Assembly: GCF_033153115.1 (NCBI RefSeq)
Contig: NW_026889778.1
Location: forward strand, 5,828,001-5,892,000
DNA from: Saccostrea echinata
Taxonomy: Eukaryota
Length of the DNA: 64,000 nt
Direction of reading: 5' to 3'
Shown one piece after another: positions 50,259 to 63,096 of the stretch (position 1 is its first letter; every line of letters begins with the position of its first letter). The notes beneath the pieces were generated by a model that was not told the origin of the DNA, did no database searches, and saw only the letters and a list, made by a program, of their open reading frames with translations. A program made the translations under genes and the position numbers.

Positions 50259-51128
50259 GGGCTCTGTACCTTTTGACAGTCAACAAAACAAGAGAAAGTC
50301 TTTGTATAAAAGAAATATATAATAATTTATTGTATAAAAGTACATAAAACATACGCGATATTTGGAACTTCCTGGTTTCGTAGGGAAGGTGTAAAAATAG
50401 AAGGTGCACCACTTTGGATACGAAGGTGCAACTGTATGGGAATGAAGGGGCGTAGCAGACGTTGCTAAGATAAACAGAACTACGAAAGGAGAGTATGTTG
50501 TAACTCTGGTAACTAGAGAAGGTGCACACTATTACTAGAAAATATTCACCTTCTGTAATATAGAAGGGTTATTGAGAAACACCTTCTGGACCATTATACT
50601 TGTAGGTTAACCTCCGAAATCTAACTGTCCTTTTGGTAAAATTTGGTAGTCTGACACCTTCAGCGAGTTTGTTTATATACACAGAAGAGCTAGGTCGCTA
50701 TCCAATCAGCGAGCGGCTAACAAACGAAGTTCCGCGTGCGAAACTTCAAGCTGAAGTAATGAAACTTGGAGGGAAATCGAAGCACAATAGAGCTTTAAAT
50801 ATGGATTATGGATAAAATATTGCTTATGATCGATGGTAAAACATCTAATAAACACAGGTAAGCACTGCTGTGCGTAATAACACATATTTAATGCCACAAG
50901 GATCGAAAACAACATCCCGAATGAATGTAAACAACACATTCTCATTGTGAAACGGCATGTTTTTACTTTCACTTTCAATCAAAGCGAATGATTATAAATA
51001 AATTGGAATAAAACACATATTATCACTTGAAATATCGTATCTACACTTCGTAGTAATGTGTAAATACCCATGTTAAACTAAAATAATAATCATATGTGAT
51101 AACAATGGATGGCACAAGGTACAGGCCC
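50259..51128. mobile_element. Degenerate MITE (possibly PIF/Harbinger-like)
   Basis: Imperfect TIR GGGCTCTGTACCTTTTGAC / GGCACAAGGTACAGGCCC. Confidence 0.35.
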
Positions 51129-53149
51129 ATGTAAATTCATAATATTATATATGTATCTTAATTTCATGCTATCTTTTGCAGGTCTTTTCTTAGTAAAGTA
51201 TTTTCCACAGAAAAAGTGTTATGGTGACCTTACAATTCACTGTTAACTTTGCTGAACATGGAAACTTAGTTCAGAATATAAAAGAAACTATAGAGGCGAT
51301 CAAAGGACCACAGATGAAAATCTACAATTGGATTTTTGTCATATTCGCTTTCATTTGCTGATCTTGTAGTTATAACTATAATCTTCAATTCTACTTGTAA
51401 AGCAAATAACCAACGGCAACTGTTGTTCACATTTGTTAATCAAAAATACACTGTAGTTACTCTTAATAACCAATCTTTGTTAACATTTGGAGAACTTAAA
51501 TTAAGACTGTGCTACTGATACTGCCCAACTTAGCGATAAATAAAGGATTTCAAATTCTTAAGACGTTTTCTCGATCTTTTTACCATTAGTCCACACCTTT
51601 GTCTTTTGAAAAGTACATGCATTTGCCTGGGTATGACAAGTGATGCAAGTAACCGGGCATGCCCCTCCTCTCACCATGGCAGGTAATATTTCATCTATCA
51701 CAACCTTTGTCATTCACAGATACCTTTCATTCAGGGTCATCACTTGGTTGAGGCACATTTGGAATTTTGCATGGACCCGTTTGCCATGCTTAGGATGAGG
51801 AGTGATACAGATAAAGTATCACTGTAACTTCAGAAGATTATAATCCATGTTTTATTTTTTGGATCGAGGGGTGGGCATATTTTAATTCCTATCAGAAGGT
51901 ATTCAAATACACCCACTTTCTTTAAAACTTAGGAACATTGCAATTTCATGAAGCCTGTTTTTCAATACCTGGACTTTCACAGGAAACATTTTTTTAAAAA
52001 AACGCAAGCACTAAGTCTCTACTTTATATTGATGTTTGAAATAGGACACTGGGACTTGGTCATTTAATTGGTATATGGGGAGGGCCATTTTATGGATAAA
52101 GTGAATCTAGCTCTTTTTAGGGCTTTGGACAGAGTGTGCGATTAAAAAGAGCATAATGAGTACACTTGTAGCAGGGGTTAAAGATGAAATAAACACATGC
52201 TGGTTCGATTGTCTATGATTTTTATTCCATCATTATTATTTGATCAATTGGCCAGTCATTGCCCTGAAATACAATGCATATTTCATTCACAATGCATCAA
52301 TAGTAAATTTACATTAACAAGTCCTAAAACATCATTACATCACATCTGAGGAATTCAAGAGTTATTCCCCTTGATTTAGACCTTTATAAAATACAAAGAA
52401 ATACAAGTATAACTTATATTAAACATGCATATATGTTGACATTATAATAAACAGAAATTATTACTAAATTTCATGTTTGCAATTTTCAGAATAAAATAAT
52501 AAACCTAAATTGTAGATCAGGCCCCAAGACCATAAACTGAGAACAGACTTAAGTCAAAATTTCAAGCCATAATAATTTTGAAAATAATTTTGATAATGAA
52601 ACAAAATTTTCATCATATGTTTGAATTGAAATGTTATACAAAATTGCAAATTTTTACGCAAATACATTAGATAAAACTCAAGATATTAAAAATCAAAATT
52701 TTGACAAGTCTGTTCTCAGTTTATGGTCTTGGGACCAGAACATATATTTGTACCTATTTGTGGAACAGAGCTGGACTCTTTCTTTATATGTAATGAGTCT
52801 TATAAATGTTGACTCTGCAATATAGATTTTATCTCTCACTCCAAAACTCTTTCATTCAGTTTACTAATTCCAGAAGTTAGTTATTATGAATATTGAATCA
52901 ATGTGTTTTAAAAGAAAAGTAAATTATGGTACCTTAAAACAGACAGTCAGAGATTTCGTTGTTACAATGGTCATGAATACTCATGAACAGTCTAACTGAA
53001 AGTGTCTTTGTCTCAGATCAGAAATTTGGAAGTAAAGTTTAGACCAATGGACTTTGAATAAGATGAGTACTACTCATGTACCCCTCTAACAGGTGTACAA
53101 GTAGTATCATCACAAAACAAGTGTGTGGTAAATTTAGAGGAAACACAGG

Positions 53150-53880
53150 AGGACCTATTAAAGATAAACATGGGGCACTACTGACAACAGAAAAAGAACA
53201 AGAAGAGATTGGGTGAAGACTTCAGCGAACTACTTAATCGACCATCACCTGATGAAACAGCTGTCATACCAGAAGCCACGGAGGATCTGGACATCAACAC
53301 TGACCCACTGACCAAGGATGAGATAATTGATGCAATCAAGACCCTTAAGAACGGTAAGTCACTAGGGTTTGACACTCTTGATGCACAGCAATTTAAGGCG
53401 GACCCTGGAATAGCAGCCAACATCCTCAGGCCACTGTTCGACCACTGTTCACAGCTGTGTGGGAAGGAGAGAAAGTGCCTGGTGATTGGTTTAGGTTGGG
53501 TGATTGTTAAGATCTCAAAGAAAAGAGATCTGAGCGATTGCAACAACTGAGGAGAATCACTCCTTTGCCAAGTAAGATCCTGGCCAAGATAATCATTGAA
53601 AGAATGTCAAATGCTGTAGACGCTGTACTGAGGAAGGATCAAGCAAGGTTTAGGCAACAACGAGGATGTACTGACTAGGTCTTTTTTAACTCTGCAATAT
53701 AAAGAAGTTGTGCACAGAGTGGCAAAAACTACTGTATGTAAACTTCGTGAACTTAGATACATCGAGATAGCCTTTGGAACATCCTACGTCATTATGGAAT
53801 TCCACCCAAGCTGGTCCATCAGATCAAGAGCTTCTACAGCAGCTTCAGATGCTCAGTAAGACACAACAACACCTTCTTCG

Positions 53881-53915
<35 letters not shown>

Positions 53916-54825
53916 GGAGTTAGACAAGGATGCGTGATGTCTGCAGTAGTATTCAACTGGGTCATGGGGAAAATGACAGAAGATCTCCAAGGGGAATCCA
54001 CTGGGGCCAGTTCTCAACTTTGGAGACTCTGAACTTTGCGAACGACCTTGCGCTGCTGTCTCACAAACACCATCACATCCAAGAGAAGACCAACAGACTG
54101 CAAACCTACGGACAGCAGATGTGGCTACGTATCAACACCAAGAAGACAAAGCCAGTGACACTTAATGTGGAATTCCCTGCTCCTGTTACGGTCAGTGATG
54201 AAGAACTACAGGCCAGATGGACAACTTTATTTACCTGGGTAGCATCATTGAACTAGAGGGCGGCACAAAGGAGGACATCCACAGCAGACTGGGCAAGGCC
54301 AGGAGAGTATTTAGAGAAATGAATAACATCTGGAGGTCTGCACAGTTCAGCACCAGCACCAAGCTGAGGTTTTTATCAGAACTGTGTTGTATAAACTCCC
54401 TATATGGATCGGAGTACTGGAGAATGACAGAGTCAGATCTTACCAAACTACTATCCTTCCACACCATATTCCTCCGCCGAATACCTAGGATATTCTGGCC
54501 GAAGAAGATTACAAATGAAGACCTGCTGAGCAGATGTAAAGAAGACATGGGAACCATCATTACCAAACGCCCATGGAGATAGATAGGACATGTTATACTA
54601 AAAGACCACCAGTCAACAAAAACAACAGGACTGCACTGGACACCAGAGGACAAAAGAAAGATAGGAAGGCCTAGAGCCTCATGGAGAAGGACAATGAAAA
54701 GTGAGATGAAAGTCATGCACCAGATCTGGGGATCATTAACTAGGCTGGCCCAGGATAGGCAAGAGTGGAGGAGGTTTGTTGCTGCCCTACACACCATAGG
54801 GTGTAAAGGACGATGATAAGTAGTA
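53150..54825 (+). mobile_element. 5'-truncated, frameshifted RTE-clade LINE relic
   Basis: Fragments LKNGKSLG.D, KKRDLSDCNN, GVRQGC, LNFANDLALL (degenerate FADD), FIYLGS, YGSEYW, WTPEDKRKIGRPRASWRR, LAQDRQEWRRFVAAL. Multiple stops; internal poly(A) at ~53883-53914. Confidence 0.85.
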
Positions 54826-55540
54826 TCGAGGGTGGGTCCAAAGTTTTATTTGATTTTTTTATTTTATTTCATCAGTTTGTTTAGAGTTTTAGTTAATTTT
54901 ATCACATGTTTACACCGTTATACGGTGGATATACATCATAGGATATCGTTTTTATATCCACAGTGTGACGTCACAATAGTTTTTGTGTGCATTTGATCAA
55001 GTCAGATATTGTTGATTTACAAATATAAAACAGTTAAAACATGAAATACCTACATATAATATGAAATACCTTGTGTGTTTTTCCCCTCGCCAAGACACGG
55101 GGATAAAAACACACAACTCGTTGGATAAAAAAATCTTATCCAACCACAAACCATAGGAGATCCTATATTTATTTGATAAATCATTCTACCGATATTAATT
55201 GACTTACAAATGAACAATTTTAGTCAATATTGATTGAAACACATATGTAAAGATGTGTTTATATTAAAATCATTTGTTTCATATCCATCAATGTATAATC
55301 AGTTTATTAATTGACGTCCTTGTCATTCGTTAACAAACGGTGGAGGGAAAATTACATATAAAACATTCATTTTATGAGAAGAGTGATCAAATCTACAATA
55401 AATAGAGCCCTTCGTGCTTTATGGTATTTGATCACATGACCAACCCCGTATGTCTTTAGATAGTGTCTAAATACCTACCAAATATCTAGTTGATATATCA
55501 GTTAACAAAAAAAGTTATGCCCAAAAATGATGCCAAAATT

Positions 55541-57134
55541 GTCAGGAGTGCAACACCTTTTTGTGACATTTTGAAATTTCAATATTTTTTGGAGATCTGT
55601 GAAATGAATAATAATGCTTTATGTTGAAAATAAAGACTTTCCTGATAATATTCAAAGTATTGAGCTTTAAATGTGGACTGTAGTAACTTTTGTTTAATCA
55701 AGTTGTGGTAATGGCTGATGTTTAAAAAACTGTTATACCATGTCAGGAGTGCAACAGAAAAAATGTAGTGTTGCCAAAAAAAAAAAAAAAAACTCCAATT
55801 GTAAAATTCTGAAAGAAAATTGAGACAAAAAAGAATTTTCAAAGTGTAAAACAATAACTGATATACATTTTAAAACTTATTAATGTTATATAAATCACAA
55901 GCAGCATTAGTGAGAGTCAAATATATGTGCATACCCAATAATGTCAGGAGTGCAACATTTGATGTTTTGCTCCCGAGCATGAAAAAACTATTATCATTAC
56001 ATGATTTTCTGATTTTTATTTTGAAAAATAAAGACACAAAGAACATTTTTATCAAATAGATTTATCAATTACAGGGTCTGTCTGTGCTTCAGATCTATAT
56101 TTCTGTGGTCAGGAGTGCAACACATTTTGACAAAAACACTTCTATTCAAGCTAAGAAGTACTCATTAATTAATAATGATCTTTTTGTATAATTTAAAACT
56201 AAATTATTGACAGTTTTATGATTAAAATCCTTTCTTTTTCAATTTTATCAATTCAAATGTGTTTTTATCTTTTTTGTGACTTTTTAATGAACGTTGGAAA
56301 TAAATACACTAAACAATTGTCATAAAATTCAAGTAATTCCTCCTCAAACTCACTGAAACAACAGAACAAATTCTTATGTAATTTTCACTTCACAATTCTA
56401 CTTTTAAGGCCCCTATGCTTTTGGTCAGGAGTGCAACAAATATGTTAGAATTATAAATCATCCAATAAGAATAAAAATAAAGAAAAAAATGACGAGTATA
56501 ATTTTTCTGGTGGGTTACTGTGTTTGTCCTCCAAAGGAAAATATGCTATAAAATATATTTTATCTTCTAAATATACATTTAAGCTAGTTTTTTTGGCATA
56601 AATAGGGAATAATTCCAGATAAAATGCGAATTTTAAATACTTTCATCTGTTTTAATTATGAAGTAATGGCCTATAAATATTGCACAATTTCATTACCACT
56701 TGATGTTGCCAACACTTTATGAATTTTTGTATTCTATGGTTTTAATTTTAAATTTTACTGCAGTCAGGAGTGCAACAAAACTGCTTTATGATTACCAATG
56801 CTTTTTAATTATCATTACTTATAAATAAGTTGAAAAAAAATGTTTGATACTATTTGATGTTCAAAACACTATGTCTATCAACAATTACAGAAATTTTACA
56901 GTCAATTCAGGGAATAGTTTTTATCATTTCACATATATTTTTAAATACAATTTATATACATTACACTTTGCAAATAATCATGTGTTGAGGTCTTCAAAAT
57001 ATGAAAAACCTGCTGTAAACGATGAAAAATATCAAAACGACAAATTGATTTACAAAGTAAGAATGGGTTATTGTGTGTTATATTTTTTAAAACAATGTTA
57101 AATAAAATACATATCAGATGTCAGGAGTGCAACA
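55541..57134 (+). repeat. Seven perfect copies of GTCAGGAGTGCAACA separated by unrelated AT-rich spacers
   Basis: Copies start at 55541, 55742, 55943, 56108, 56424, 56763 and 57120. Confidence 0.9.
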
Positions 57135-57894
57135 CAATAATGTAACATAAGGTCACTTCAAAATCTAGTATTTTTTGTAAGAGAACTCGTAAATAAAAAT
57201 TCTTTTTTGGCTTAGATTTAAAGAACTGACTTGAACGGACAAAAAAAGAAATGAAATTTGGGGAATTTTATTGCTTCATATTTTTTTCATATTAAAACTT
57301 TCAAACCAGAATTGAAAAAATAATGTAAAATAACAATCAAAAAGCCAATTTTTTTTCGCATATACAAGAGAAGATAATCAAGGTCTAGATTTAATCATTT
57401 ATACCCCTTTTACCATTTTGAAGCATAAAAAACTAAAATTTCTTGTGATTTTGTATTTTAGAAAGCCCTTTAAGGTGTAATGATATTTTCTTTTTTCAAA
57501 AGAAATTTTACTAATAAAAATTCTGAAACTTTTTAATCCAATTGTCTATTCAATTGCCGGATTTTAAGTTGGAATGCATGTGCAATAAGATAATATAAAT
57601 GAAAAATATGTTATACGTAGTTGAATTTTTCCAAAAAATTCAGTTTGGTGGTCATTTTTTTTAATTCACCCATATATATATATATATTCATTGAATATTT
57701 TCTCCTGTATTTCTTAAGAAAATCATTGCCGTTTATCAGCCAGTAAACACCACTAAGCATATCACCTCTACAGATTTCTTGGGCAGTGGCTGTTCCATCA
57801 ATGAAACGTACAATGACGTACATATCAATAATGCAATATTTAAGCTACCTAAATCTTATTTTAGATAATTATTTGTACAGATATAATTATAAAC

Positions 57895-58040
57895 AATAAA
57901 ATGTCTTTCTTTGATTGTTAGTACGGGAATTAACGTTGCAGCTATTGCAGAAAAAAAAAAACGCTTACGCGGGTTACGTATTTTTTCTGCAACATCTACA
58001 ACATTAATTCCCTTACTAACAACCAAAGGAAGCATTATAA
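57895..58040. repeat. Imperfect ~140 bp hairpin, probably another hairpin-type element
   Basis: CTTTGATTGTTAGTACGGGAATTAA ... TTAATTCCCTTACTAACAACCAAAG. Confidence 0.5.
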
Positions 58041-58047
58041 ATATATA

Positions 58048-58775
58048 TAAGGGATGGCAATTTGTAACCGGTTAACCGATTACTAGGTCGGAACGGTGGT
58101 AATCGGTTAGCAAATCTGTAATCGGTTAGTCGGAAAAAATAAAATATATGTAAAGTTTAGTGCAATATTCTTGAAATTTATTTCTTAAAAAAAGGAATCT
58201 TTTCATCAAAGTTTATAATTTAGCGTTTTTACATATCTATTCAAGCTGATTTGGAGGTAATTATGACTCTCCGATATGAGATCGAGGGGGTAATTAGTCA
58301 TTTTCTGAATTAATAATTACTGTTTTTAAAAACACCATGTCGTTACCCGGCTGTCCTGTAATTCTTTAATGATATTAAATAAAACACCGTTGAGCACTGT
58401 GAATAATAAAGTGTGTCTATCTTTTGCCGTTATCTGTTAAATTATATTATTAGACAAACAGTTTAAATTAAGTGAAAGTTCAGACTTAGTTTTGATTATG
58501 GTGACAATGCAGATAGAACTTGTGTTGTCAATGTCTGATTTCTCAGGCATGCTTCATGGTTTTCTTAATTTCTTTCTTGTCTATTGAAATTGAAATAAAA
58601 TCTATGTACATGTAGTTTCCTGATGAAGAAAACCAGAATGATTCTTACTTCTAACGCCTTTTTAGTCTTCTTGTGTATATGGATAGAACTATTCTTAACA
58701 AAATGTGTATTTTGATACGATTAACCGGTTAATCGGTCGGAACGTCTTGCGGTTAACCGATTAGCAATTCTGTAT
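58048..58775. mobile_element. hAT-like MITE truncated by the assembly gap
   Basis: Left end AGGGATGGCAA with subterminal TAACCG/CGGTTA repeats near both ends. Confidence 0.5.
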
Positions 58776-58927
58776 NNNNNNNNNNNNNNNNNNNNNNNNN
58801 NNNNNNNNNNNNNNNNNNNNNNNNNNNNNNNNNNNNNNNNNNNNNNNNNNNNNNNNNNNNNNNNNNNNNNNNNNNNNNNNNNNNNNNNNNNNNNNNNNNN
58901 NNNNNNNNNNNNNNNNNNNNNNNNNNN
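58776..58927. other. Assembly gap (152 N)
   Basis: Run of n. Confidence 1.
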
Positions 58928-60086
58928 TACACAGTAAAGCATTAGCGCTTTCATTTACAATCTTCAGATGCTTCATAAACAAGTTTTCTAACTGTCACAT
59001 GGTAACATATATTGTGATATTGTGACGTCATAATAAGCGGAATGTTATAAAGTCATTATTACTTTATTTTCCAGCGTGTTATTACGGGAAAATCAAAAAT
59101 GATAATAAGCTTTGTTTTAAGGTATTAATAAAGTGTTTCTCTTTTTTCTTCATTGGATGTGATTTCCAAACAGCATCTTACAAAAGGGAAAAACAGTAAA
59201 TTGTCTGTTCCCGCATACATCTAAATATTCACTTAGTTGAATTTGTCTATATTCCGGATTATTTATTTGCTGTTTTTGGACTCGTATCCGAGCTCTTAGT
59301 GTGTCGCTTGTTTCTACGATGTAAAATTCCTAACATCAAGGGCATAACATAGATTACGTTCTTAGTTTCGCACGTCATATCTGCATTGACATTGAAATGT
59401 CGTCCCTGGAAATTGTAACTAGTTGCCTCTGTAATATGCTCACGGGTATTTGTATTGTTTTAATTGAATTTCGAGCTTGATATCTTTTCTTTATCTTCAT
59501 ATTTCACCACACACACACACGCACCAACACACCCACACACACAATAATTGCCTATTTTAATACAAAGACATACTTCTATGTAATTTTTCAAACGCCACAA
59601 AAAGTTTATCCCAGTTGTCCAACCTTAATGCCCCCATATCGACGTAGTTGTTTTGTTAATCAGCAAGAAAAAATATATTTATGACATGTGAAAATAACGA
59701 ACATTAATCATACTCAAAAGTCCACTTAATCAATACATATTGTAAGCAGAGGAAACACGGACCCCTGAATATAGGTGGGGTCGGGTGTCAGATAGTCTTT
59801 TACCTATATGTTTGTGTACATGTATCTAAGTATAGTAAGTAGCTAATTATAATGACCTGTCAGATATAGTTCTGTATATGTGTATATGTCTTACTAACTA
59901 AATGCCATGACATGTAAGATAGGTCTGTGTGTCTGTATGTATGTGAACATGTATTTTATTTAGGTATTAAAAAACCTCTCAGATGATCCTGTACCTATAT
60001 GTATGTGTACATGTTCTAATTAGTTAACTACCTTGACAGAACAGATACTCAAGCGTTTGCACGTATTCTTGTATTTCTTTGATAAG

Positions 60087-61742
60087 TTAATTACGTTCAC
60101 CTGTTTGATAGTCCCTGTTTATATATCTGTATACATACACCCTGTTGACACTTGATCCAAACCACAAAAGGTGAGATTTTTCATCATAACTCAGACCCCT
60201 TGGTGTGTATATCCCATGTTCTCGTGACAGTATCTTCGACAGGAAGAAACCGTCTTTGTTCACCACGTGTATATTGTAAGTGGCAGGCCTAACATCACAC
60301 ACCAGAATGTTTGACAACACGTCTGTACAGACCCCACGTGGATATATCGATCTTGACTCAGGGTAGGAGAAGCGATATCTTCCTGCACTATCTGTCACCA
60401 CCAGAGCACCATGGTCCCAGTCAGACACAATAACATCTCCATTGCAGTTCTCTGTGATGTGGACAGGATTACTGTATATCTGACCTATATTCTTGTGTTG
60501 TATTGTCTGTATAAATTGTAATTTGTCGTTAAACCGTGTTACTTTGGCTGCTTTTGAACGAGTATTCCTCATCCCGACCAGTAGATCTCCATTGATGGAG
60601 GAACTTTTGACACAGCGAGGTTCCCAATATTCTGTTTTCTCAATCAGTGTTGTCAATGTTCTGTTATCTCTAGAAAGTTTTTTAATGTTATAATACCTGT
60701 CTATATAGATAAGTTCACAGGTAATGTTCACTGTGTGTACTCCCCATTCACTAAGTATATCTGTCAGATGATGCAGTCTGTTACCTTCCATATTTGCTAA
60801 GATGAGATTGTTCCAATCACTAATCCATACCTGGTCCGGTGTCACATGTGAAATGTGAGATACATATCCCATTCCTTTCCCTTCAACTATGACACATCTT
60901 TTTAACACGGGTGTATACATCCTTTTCAGAAGACATTCATTTGTAGCTTGTCTTTTTCCTGACTCTATGATTTGAATACCACTCATAAACGTCATTCCAA
61001 ACTTCATTTTTATTTCCATGCACAACCGAGCGTGTTTTGCAAGATTAGGAGTGTCCTTTATCTTGTGAACATGGTGTTCCTTTAGGAATAATAGGAATTG
61101 CACAGGTCTGTTTGCTGTCTGTTTCAATCGATATTTATACATATAGTTCTCTATGCTGACAAGGTATCTGGTCATTTTTCTTTTTTGTTGTGGTAATCTC
61201 TGAGACATAAAATGTAAAATATCACATATCGCATTGTCAATGACTATCTTTAGTTTCTGGCCTTTTTCTGACATTCCTATTTGAAGGTTGGAGATCTTTG
61301 TTTGACAAGTTTTTCTATTTTTTACATCAGTTTTGATTCCTGCCAGAAGAAAATAGCTGTTATAGATAATATCACTTCTGATGTTCTGAATGATTTCTTT
61401 GTGATGGTGTCGATTTGTTTTATAAGCTGTTCTAATGTTCACAATATTGTGTGTTTCATGTCGTTCTTTGCATTGGAAACAGACAGGAAGTTCACAAGAG
61501 GGACAGTACAATTCATAAATTTTGCCTGGATGTCTCACACAGGTTTCTTGTTTTGGGATGTATTCATATTTCTCACGATAAATCACAACATCATGGAATT
61601 TGGTATCTAGATCAATAACATGTCTTTCTTTACACTGTTGACAAAGGTTGTATTTACATGTGTTACAGTAGAATTCTGTATTTTCCTGACATTGAGAACA
61701 CTGCCGTACTTTCTGCTGGGTGCTGACGATTGCCATGGTCAT
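60087..61742 (-). CDS. Divergent TRIM-like B-box/B-box/coiled-coil/beta-propeller protein (~551 aa)
   Basis: CSQC..FYCNTC..LCQQC..H..H; CVRH..YCPSCELPVCFQC..H..H; C-terminal NCNGDVIVSDW, PRGVCTD..NILVCD, PRGLSYD. First ATG at 61742; an acceptor-like site near 61777 means an upstream exon is possible. Confidence 0.85.
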   Translation of the reverse strand: MTMAIVSTQQKVRQCSQCQENTEFYCNTCKYNLCQQCKERHVIDLDTKFHDVVIYREKYEYIPKQETCVRHPGKIYELYCPSCELPVCFQCKERHETHNIVNIRTAYKTNRHHHKEIIQNIRSDIIYNSYFLLAGIKTDVKNRKTCQTKISNLQIGMSEKGQKLKIVIDNAICDILHFMSQRLPQQKRKMTRYLVSIENYMYKYRLKQTANRPVQFLLFLKEHHVHKIKDTPNLAKHARLCMEIKMKFGMTFMSGIQIIESGKRQATNECLLKRMYTPVLKRCVIVEGKGMGYVSHISHVTPDQVWISDWNNLILANMEGNRLHHLTDILSEWGVHTVNITCELIYIDRYYNIKKLSRDNRTLTTLIEKTEYWEPRCVKSSSINGDLLVGMRNTRSKAAKVTRFNDKLQFIQTIQHKNIGQIYSNPVHITENCNGDVIVSDWDHGALVVTDSAGRYRFSYPESRSIYPRGVCTDVLSNILVCDVRPATYNIHVVNKDGFFLSKILSREHGIYTPRGLSYDEKSHLLWFGSSVNRVYVYRYINRDYQTGERN

Positions 61743-62759
61743 GATGTAGATGGTCCAAGTCGTCAACGGGGGCTACTGAGAATACATAAATATCATATTG
61801 AATATGAAGTGTGGTACATCCAAAAATCACCTTGAAAAATATACATTTGCTGCAAAATTTAGCATTATAATGTCACTTGAAGTCGCTATGTAATCTGTAG
61901 TATGTATGCTACAATGAATTAAATAATTATGTGTCACTTTCAATAGCAATATTAAGAAAAAATGAAAGGTACAAAATGGTTCGCAGAAAAAAGTATGTTT
62001 GTGCTCTTTTTTCGTGAATTTTGATTTGCAGGAACATGTTTCTGCAATATTTAAACGAGTCCCATGGGGCACAAATCTCACCAGAGTCACCTTGCCCTGT
62101 TGTTTTGAAAAACATTTTAACTCACATGTAAAAATTTCATCCCTTACTATGACCCCACCTACCCTCAAGAGTTACGAAAGACGTGATTTACTTAAACAAA
62201 TTTGAATCTGTACTAATGGAGAATGCTTACAAAATAATATCAACTATTATGTCCCCTGCTGTTCTTGAGAAGAAGATTAAAAAAAAAAAATCGACTATAT
62301 ATTCATGTAAACATATGATCCCCTGATGTGACCCCAAATTGTTCCAGGGAATATGATTTGAAATCTTGAATCTGTAGTAACTGAGCTTGCATGAAATATT
62401 TGTATCATTGACATGTATCATGGCTCTGCCGTTCTTGAGAAAAAAATTAGATGTTTTTCAATATACATGTGAATAAATATGCAAAGGTTCGTTCCCTTAA
62501 TGTGGCCCTAGCCTACCACCGAGGACCATGATTTTAACAAATTTAAATCTGAGGACTTGAGATGCATCAACTTTACAATGTTTGATGACACTCTTCCTTG
62601 TAAATACGAGGATTGATCCAAGAGTAATGTCACAACTCTATAGTTATTTAAAAATCGAAAGTTTTCAACAAAACTTTATATACTAGTATATCTAACTATT
62701 TTGACCTTTGTCCTAAAATTTCATTCAGATATAAGCAACACTTTATAAAACATTGGAAT

Positions 62760-63096
62760 AAACACAACGTTGGGTCTCATCTACCGCCGCACGGCAAGAA
62801 TAGTGACGTCGTTGTGACGTTTGTTTTCGATTTTGAATCTGTTGATACATAAGATCTACACAAAAGAAATGAATTTAAAAAAAAAAACATTTGGACAAAG
62901 TTCAAATCATTTTAATACTACAACTCAAAACAAGGCTTTTTAATGCAAAATGGCAGTGAGGATTATTAAAAAGAAACACGTCCGGAGGTTTAAAAGACAT
63001 GCGGATGAACTGAAAGTGAGTGCCGAAAAGTAACGTCATAACGAAGTCGGTATGATTCTCACCGTGCGGCGATAGACAAAACCTAGCGTTGTGTTT
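62760..63096. mobile_element. MITE with ~35 bp TIRs
   Basis: AAACACAACGTTGGGTCTCATCTACCGCCGCACGG / CCGTGCGGCGATAGACAAAACCTAGCGTTGTGTTT. Confidence 0.6.

Noticed and set aside
55541-57134. CRISPR-like repeat-spacer array
   Set aside because: Eukaryotic context, repeat only 15 bp, spacers long and irregular, no cas genes.
58721-58982. ORFs spanning the N run
   Set aside because: Artefacts of the assembly gap.
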